From positions 5,888,001 to 5,952,000 of the forward strand of contig CP068257.2 of NCBI GenBank assembly GCA_009914755.4: a stretch of DNA of 64,000 nt, read 5' to 3'. Each line of letters opens with the position of its first letter. Within the stretch, counting starts at the first letter, position 1. The notes under the pieces are model-generated. The model did no database searches, had not been told where the DNA came from, and saw only the letters and a list, made by a program, of their open reading frames with translations. Positions 58,425 to 64,000 of this stretch are shown piece by piece. The translations under genes and the position numbers were made by a program. This DNA comes from the human T2T-CHM13v2.0 reference genome, Homo sapiens.

Positions 58425-58985
58425 TTCATTCCACTCGACTCATCTCCACTCCACTCCATTACACTCCATTCCATTCGATTCCATTCCTTTCCTTTCTATT
58501 CCAATCCACTCAATTCCATTCCTCCCCACCCCAATCCATTCTATTCATTTCCATTTCATGCCATTCCATTTCTTTCCATTAAACTCCTTTATATTCCATT
58601 CCATTACATTCCATTATAATCCACTGCACTCCACTACATTCCACTCCATTCCATTCCAACCCACTCTCCTCCTCTCCATTTCATTCCATTCCATTCTATT
58701 GAATTTCTTTCCACTCGACTCATCTCCACTCCACTCCATTCCACTCCATTCCATTCCATTCCATTCCATTCCTTTCTATTCCAATCCACTCAAGTCCATT
58801 CCTCCCCACCCCAATCCATTCTACTCCTTTCCATTTCATGCCATTCCATTTCTTTCCATTAAACTCCTTTACATTCCATTGCACTACATTCCATTATTGT
58901 CCATTCCTCTCCACTATATTCCACTCCATTCCATTCCACCCCACTCCCTTCCTCTCCATTTCATTCCATTCCATTCCATTCCATT
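58425..58985 (+). repeat. Tandem duplication of a 280-bp unit (2 copies). A third diverged copy lies at about 60,235-60,500, roughly 1.53 kb downstream, suggesting a higher-order repeat of about 1.5 kb
   Basis: cactcgactcatctccactcc...ccaatccactcaa(t/g)tccattcctccccaccccaatccattcta...tccatttcatgccattccatttctttccattaaactccttta(t/c)attcc is repeated at 58,425 and 58,706, and again at 60,235. The following about 200 bp also match (58,985-59,200 versus 60,500-60,700: ...cattcaattccattccatgccattccatt..catttcccttccattcc). Confidence 0.7.
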
Positions 58986-60234
58986 CCAATCCACTCCATT
59001 CCTCTCCAAACCATTCTGCTCAATTCCATTCCACTGCATTCAATTCCATTCCATGCCATTCCATTCCATTCATTTCCCTTCCATTCCATTCCACTCCACT
59101 CCTTTCCACTCTATTCCATTCCATTCCATTCCATTCCATTCCATTCCTTTCCATTCCCCTGCATTCCATACCACTCCATTCCACTCCACTTAACTCCATT
59201 CCACTCAATTCCATTCCACTAGACTCCACTCCATTGCATTCCACTCCATTCCATTCTACTCCAATCCATTCCACTCCATTCCAGGCCGTTCCATTCCATT
59301 CCATTCCACTCCATAAAACTCCAATCCATTCCACTCCACTCCATTCCATTCCACTCCATTCCATTCCATTCCACTCCATTCCATTCCATTCCATTCCATT
59401 CCATTCCATTCCATTCCTTTCCATTCCTTTCCCTTCCATTCCATTCCATTCCATTCCTTTCCATTCCTTTCCCTTCCATTCCATTCCACTACATTCCATT
59501 CCATTTTACACCTCTCCAATCCAATCCATTCCATTCCATTCCACTGTATTCCAGTCCTTTCCACTCCACTCCATTTGAATTCACTCCACTCCAATCCGTT
59601 CCATTCCATTCCATTTCTTTCCTTTGGATTCCTTTACACCCCACGCCATTCAACTTCATTCCACTCCACTCCACTCCATTCCTCTCCAATCCATTCCATT
59701 TCATTTCATTCCATTCCACTATACTCGGTTCCTTTTCATTCAACTCTACTCCACTCCTGATCATTCCATTCCACTCTACTCTATTTCACACTATTCCATT
59801 CTACTCAACTCTTCTCAATTCCATTCCACTCCATTCCATTCCATTCCATTCCACTCCATTCCATTCCACTCCACTCCAATCCATTCCATTAAATTCCACT
59901 TCACTGTATTCCACTCCACTCCATTCCACTACACACCCCTCATTTCCATTCCATTCCGTTCCATTCCATTCCACTCCATTCCATTCCACTCTATTCCATT
60001 CCATTCCATTCATTCCACTCCTCTTAATTCCATTCCATTCCATACAACTCCATTCCATTCCACTCCACTCTACTCCAATCCATTCCACTCCATTCCATTC
60101 CATTCCATTCCTGCCCGTTCCATTCCACTCCATTCCATTCCATTCCTTTCCGTTCCATTCCCTTCCACTCCAGTCCAATCCAATCCACTGCATTCCACTC
60201 CATTCCATTTCATTCCATTCCGTTGAATTTCATT

Positions 60235-60700
60235 CCACTCGACTCATCTCCACTCTTCTCCATTCCACTCCATTCCATTCCATTCCATTCCTTACCTTTC
60301 TATTCCAATCCACTCAATTCCATTCCACCCCATCCCAGTCCATTCTATTCCTCTCCATTTCATGTCATTCCATTATTTTCCATTGCATTCCTTCCTATTC
60401 CATTCCACTACATTGCATTATAATCCACTGCACTCCACTACGTTCCACTCCATTCCATTCCACCCCAATCCCCTCCTCCCCATTCCATTCCATTTCATTC
60501 CACTCCAATCGACTCTATTCCTCTCCAATCCATTCCATTCCATTCGGTTCCACTGCATTCAATTCCATTCCATGCCATTCCATTCGATTCATTTCCCTTC
60601 CATTCCATTCCATTCCACTCCATTCAACTCTTTTCAATTCCATTCCATTCCACTCCATTCAACTCTTTTCAAATGCATTCCATTCCATTCCAGTCCATTC
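60235..60700 (+). repeat. Third copy of the 58.4-59.2-kb higher-order unit
   Basis: See previous feature. The pseudo-ORF peptide LDSSPL.SIPLHSIPFHS.PFYSNPLNSIPPHP.PFYS occurs three times. Confidence 0.65.
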
Positions 60701-63639
60701 CTTTCCTTTTTATTCCCCTGCATTTCATACTATTCCATTCCACTCCACTTGACTCCATTCCACTCCACTCGACTCCATTCTACTCCATTCCATTCCACTA
60801 GACTCCACTCCATTGCATTCCACTGCATTCCATTCTACTCCATTCCATTCCACAGCTTTCCACGCCGTTGCATTCCATTCCACTCTACTCCAATAAACTC
60901 CATTCCATTCCACTCCACTCCATTCCATTCCACACCATTCCATGCCGTTGCATTCCATTCCACTCTACTCCATTAAACTCTATTCCATTCCACTCCACTC
61001 CATTCCATTCCATTCCAGTCCATTCCATTCCATTACACTCCATTCCATTCCATTCCATACCTTTCCATTCGATTCCATTACACTACACTGCATTCCATTC
61101 CACTCCACTCCAATCCATTCCATTCCATTCCATTCCCCTCCACGCCATTCCATTCCACTCTATTTCACCACATTCCATTCCACTCAACTCCACTCCATTC
61201 CATTCCACTCCATTCCATTCCACTCCATTCCATTCCACTCCACTCCAATCCATTCCATTCAATTCCCCTTCTCTCCATTCCACTCCATTCCATTCCACTA
61301 CACTCCCCTCGTATCCATTGTATTCCATTCCATTCCTTTCCATTCCATTGCATTCCACTCCATTCCATTCCATTCATTCCACTCCACTCAATTCCATTCC
61401 ATTCTATTCCTCTCCCTTCAATTCCACTCCACTCCACTCCAATCCATTCCACTCCATTCCATTCCATTCCTTTCCACCCCATTCCATTCCTCTCCATTCC
61501 ATTCCATTCCTTTCCGGTCCATTCCCTTCCACTCCTATATACTCCAATTGACTGAATTCCATTCTATTCCATTCCATTCCATTTTATTGCAATCCATTCC
61601 ATTCCATTCAACTTGACCCAACTTCAATTTCATTCAACTTGACGGAAATCCACTTCAATCCATTCCAATCAATTCCATTCTATATAATCCCATTCCATTC
61701 TATTCCACTCCTTTCTATTCCATTCCACCCCATTCCATTCCAATCCACTTTAATCAACTACATTACACTCCTTTCCATTCCACTCCACTCACCTCCTCTC
61801 CATTCCATTCCATTTTATTCCATTCCTCTCCACTACTCTCCATTCCACTCAAATCCATTCCATTCCATTGCATTTCTTTCCACTGCATTCCATTCCACTC
61901 CATTGCATTGCATTCCATTCCTTTCCACTCCATTACACACCACTCCGTTCCACTCCATTCCATTCTGTTACATTCTATTCCTCTACATTCTATTCCATTC
62001 CATTCCATTCCAATCCATTCCATTCCCTTCCATTACATTCATTTCCACTGCATTCTTCTAGACTCCATTCCATTAAATTCCATTCCACTCCTTTCCATTC
62101 AATTCCATATCCTTTAATTCCATTCCATTCAATTCCGTACCACTCCACTCCACTCCATTCCATTACACTGCATTCAATTCCACTCCACTACATTCCATTC
62201 CATTCCACCCCATTCCACTCGTGTTCACTCCATTCCACTCTACTCAATTCAATTCCATTCCTTTCCATTCCACTACATTCCGTTCCATTCCATTCCACTC
62301 TACTCCATTCCACTCCTTTGCATTCCATTCCATTCCATTTCACTTTTAAGCATTCGATAACTTTCACTCCATTCCAATCCATTCCACTCCATTCCATACC
62401 ATTCAACTCCACTCCACTCCATTCCACTACATTCCATTCCATTCCATTCCACTCCATTCCATGCCATTCCACTCCACTCCCCTCCTTTCCATTCCATTCC
62501 ATGCATTCCATTCCATTCCTCTCCACTCCCCTCCTTTCCATTCCATTCCATGCATTACATTCCATTCCTCTCCACTCCCCTCCATTCCATTCCATTCCAT
62601 TCCATGCATTCTATTACACTCCATTCCATTCAATTCTATTCCACTGCACTCCATTCTTTTCCATTCCACTCTATTCTTCTCCATTCCACTCCATTCCATT
62701 CCACTCAGCTCCACTCCATTCCAGTCAAATCATTTCCACTCCACTCCATTGCACTCCATTCCATTCCAGTCCATTCCATTCCACTCCACTACTCTCCACT
62801 CCACCCCACTGCAATCCATTCCATTCCATTCCATTCCATTCCATTGCATTCCATTTCTATCCATTCCGTTCCTCTCGATTCCATTCCATTCCATTTTAAT
62901 CCTCTCGATTCCATACCTTTCCATTCCATTCCATTCCGGTCCATTCCATTCCACTCCACTCCCTTCCACTCCTCTCCACTCCACTGCATTCCATTCCATT
63001 CCACTCTATTCCATTCCACTCCTTTTCACTCCACTCAACTCCATACCACTCCATTCAATTCCACTCCATTCCTTTCCACTCCATTGCATTCCACTCCAGT
63101 CCATTCCCTTCCACCCCATTCCATTCCAATCCATTCCATTCCATTCCATTCCATTCCATTCCATTCCATTCCAGTCCATTTCATTGCACTTTACTCCAAT
63201 CCACTCCGTTCTATTCCACTGTATTCCATTCCAATCCATTCCCCTCTATTCCACAGCATTCAATTCGTTCCATTCCACTCCGTTTCAATCCATTCCATTC
63301 CACTCCACTCCACTCCATTCCTTTCCACTCCACTACATTCCAATCCATTCCATTCCATTCTTTTCCATCCCATTCCATTCCACTCTAATAAGTTCAATTC
63401 CACTCCATTCCACTCCATTCCATTCCATTCCATTTCACTTCATTCCATTCCATGCCATTCCATTCAATTTCATTCCTTTCCATTCCATTTCATTCCATTC
63501 CATTCCAATCAATTCCATTCCACTCTATTCCCTTCCATTCCGTTCAACTCTATTCCATTCCACTCTATTCCATTCCACTCCTTTGCTTTCAATTGCATTC
63601 CATTCCACTCGAAACCATTGGATACCTTTCACTCCATTC

Positions 63640-64000
63640 CATTCCATTCCATTCCCCTCATTTCCATTTCATTCCATTCAATTCCATTGCATTCCTCTCC
63701 ATTCCACTGCACTCCCTACCATTCCATTCCATTCCAATCTATTCCCCTCCATTCCACTCCATTGGATTCCACTCTTGTCACCTCCATTCAACTCCATTCC
63801 ACTCCATTCAATTCCTTTCCGTTCGATTCCATTCCATTCCATTCCAATCCATTCCTTATTACTCCACTTGAATCCACTCCACTCCACTCCATTCCATTCC
63901 ACTCCACTTCACTCCACTGCATTCTGCTCCATTCCGTTGCATTCCATTCAAATCCATTCCACTCCATTCTATTAGATTCCTCTCCACTCCATTCCATTAC
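63640..64000 (+). repeat. Copy B of the long-range duplicated segment (partner at 43,410-43,780), truncated by the window end
   Basis: Same as above. Sequence immediately upstream of each copy (43,380-43,410 versus 63,590-63,640) differs, which defines the left boundary of the shared segment. Confidence 0.88.

Larger units (their letters stand above)
1..64000 (+). repeat. Classical human pentameric satellite array, (ATTCC)n on + strand = (GGAAT)n on - strand. HSat3-like. Uninterrupted, single orientation across the whole window
   Basis: Seen in sequence: more than 95% of the window is tandem CATTC / CACTC / CATTG pentamer derivatives. The + strand is extremely G-poor. Every + ORF reads HSIPF-like and every - ORF reads MEWNG-like, so the repeat phase and orientation are constant. 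Sporadic ACTCGACC(G/C) and CAACCCACTCC breaker motifs occur, and there are few ATTCGAT-rich (HSat2-type) units. No non-satellite insertions. Confidence 0.93.

Noticed and set aside
1-64000. HSat2 assignment for the array
   Set aside because: HSat2 is characterised by diverged units rich in ATTCGAT / CGATGAT. Here CGAT-type units are rare (mainly cattcgatgg in the 24.8-25.1-kb block), and the bulk is CATTCC/CACTCC with ACTCGACC-type breakers. So HSat3-like is the better call. Formal k-mer classification was not possible without tools.
1-64000. Strand-switch or inversion within the array
   Set aside because: I looked for runs of GGAAT on the + strand. Only single inverted pentamers inside GGAATTCC palindromes occur (24.1-25.3, 31.85-32.17, 34.32 and 55.30 kb). 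There is no extended orientation flip.
1-64000. Alpha satellite, CENP-B box, beta satellite or telomeric (TTAGGG/CCCTAA)n
   Set aside because: No 171-bp or 68-bp periodicity, no TTCGTTGGAAACGGGA-like box and no CCCTAA runs were seen. The window is entirely pentameric satellite.

Overview
The whole 64-kb window is one continuous array of human classical pentameric satellite DNA of the (ATTCC)n / (GGAAT)n family. The best match is HSat3-like: diverged CATTC/CACTC pentamers with scattered ACTCGACC-type breaker motifs and very few CGAT-rich HSat2-type units.

Orientation and composition:
- The + strand carries the C/T-rich ATTCC strand along the entire length.
- I found no strand switch.
- I found no transposable-element insertion (no Alu, no L1, no poly-A tails).
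- I found no alpha- or beta-satellite, no telomeric repeat, no tRNA or rRNA, and no credible promoter or gene structure.

The ORF track is artefactual. ATTCC and GGAAT pentamers contain no stop codon in any reading frame, so repeat arrays translate into very long low-complexity "HSIPFHS..." (+ strand) and "MEWNGMEW..." (- strand) pseudo-proteins. None is a real CDS.

What can be resolved is internal array architecture:
- A 1.2-kb sub-array at about 24.13-25.35 kb built of 30/35/70-bp units. Each unit carries a perfect GGAATTCC / CATGGAATTCCATG palindrome (EcoRI and NcoI sites) and short hairpin-capable inverted pentamers, with a CpG to TpG decay pattern between unit variants.
- A very homogeneous, near-pure (ATTCC)n core at about 29.5-31.34 kb, punctuated in phase by CATGTC variants.
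- Many local tandem duplications and higher-order periodicities, from 25 bp up to about 1.5 kb.
- A near-identical long-range duplicate with copies at about 43.41-43.78 kb and 63.64-64.00 kb (offset about 20.23 kb).

I find no evidence in this window for a protein-coding or defence-type system. The features of interest are satellite structure, possible non-B DNA, and stress-inducible satellite-III transcription.
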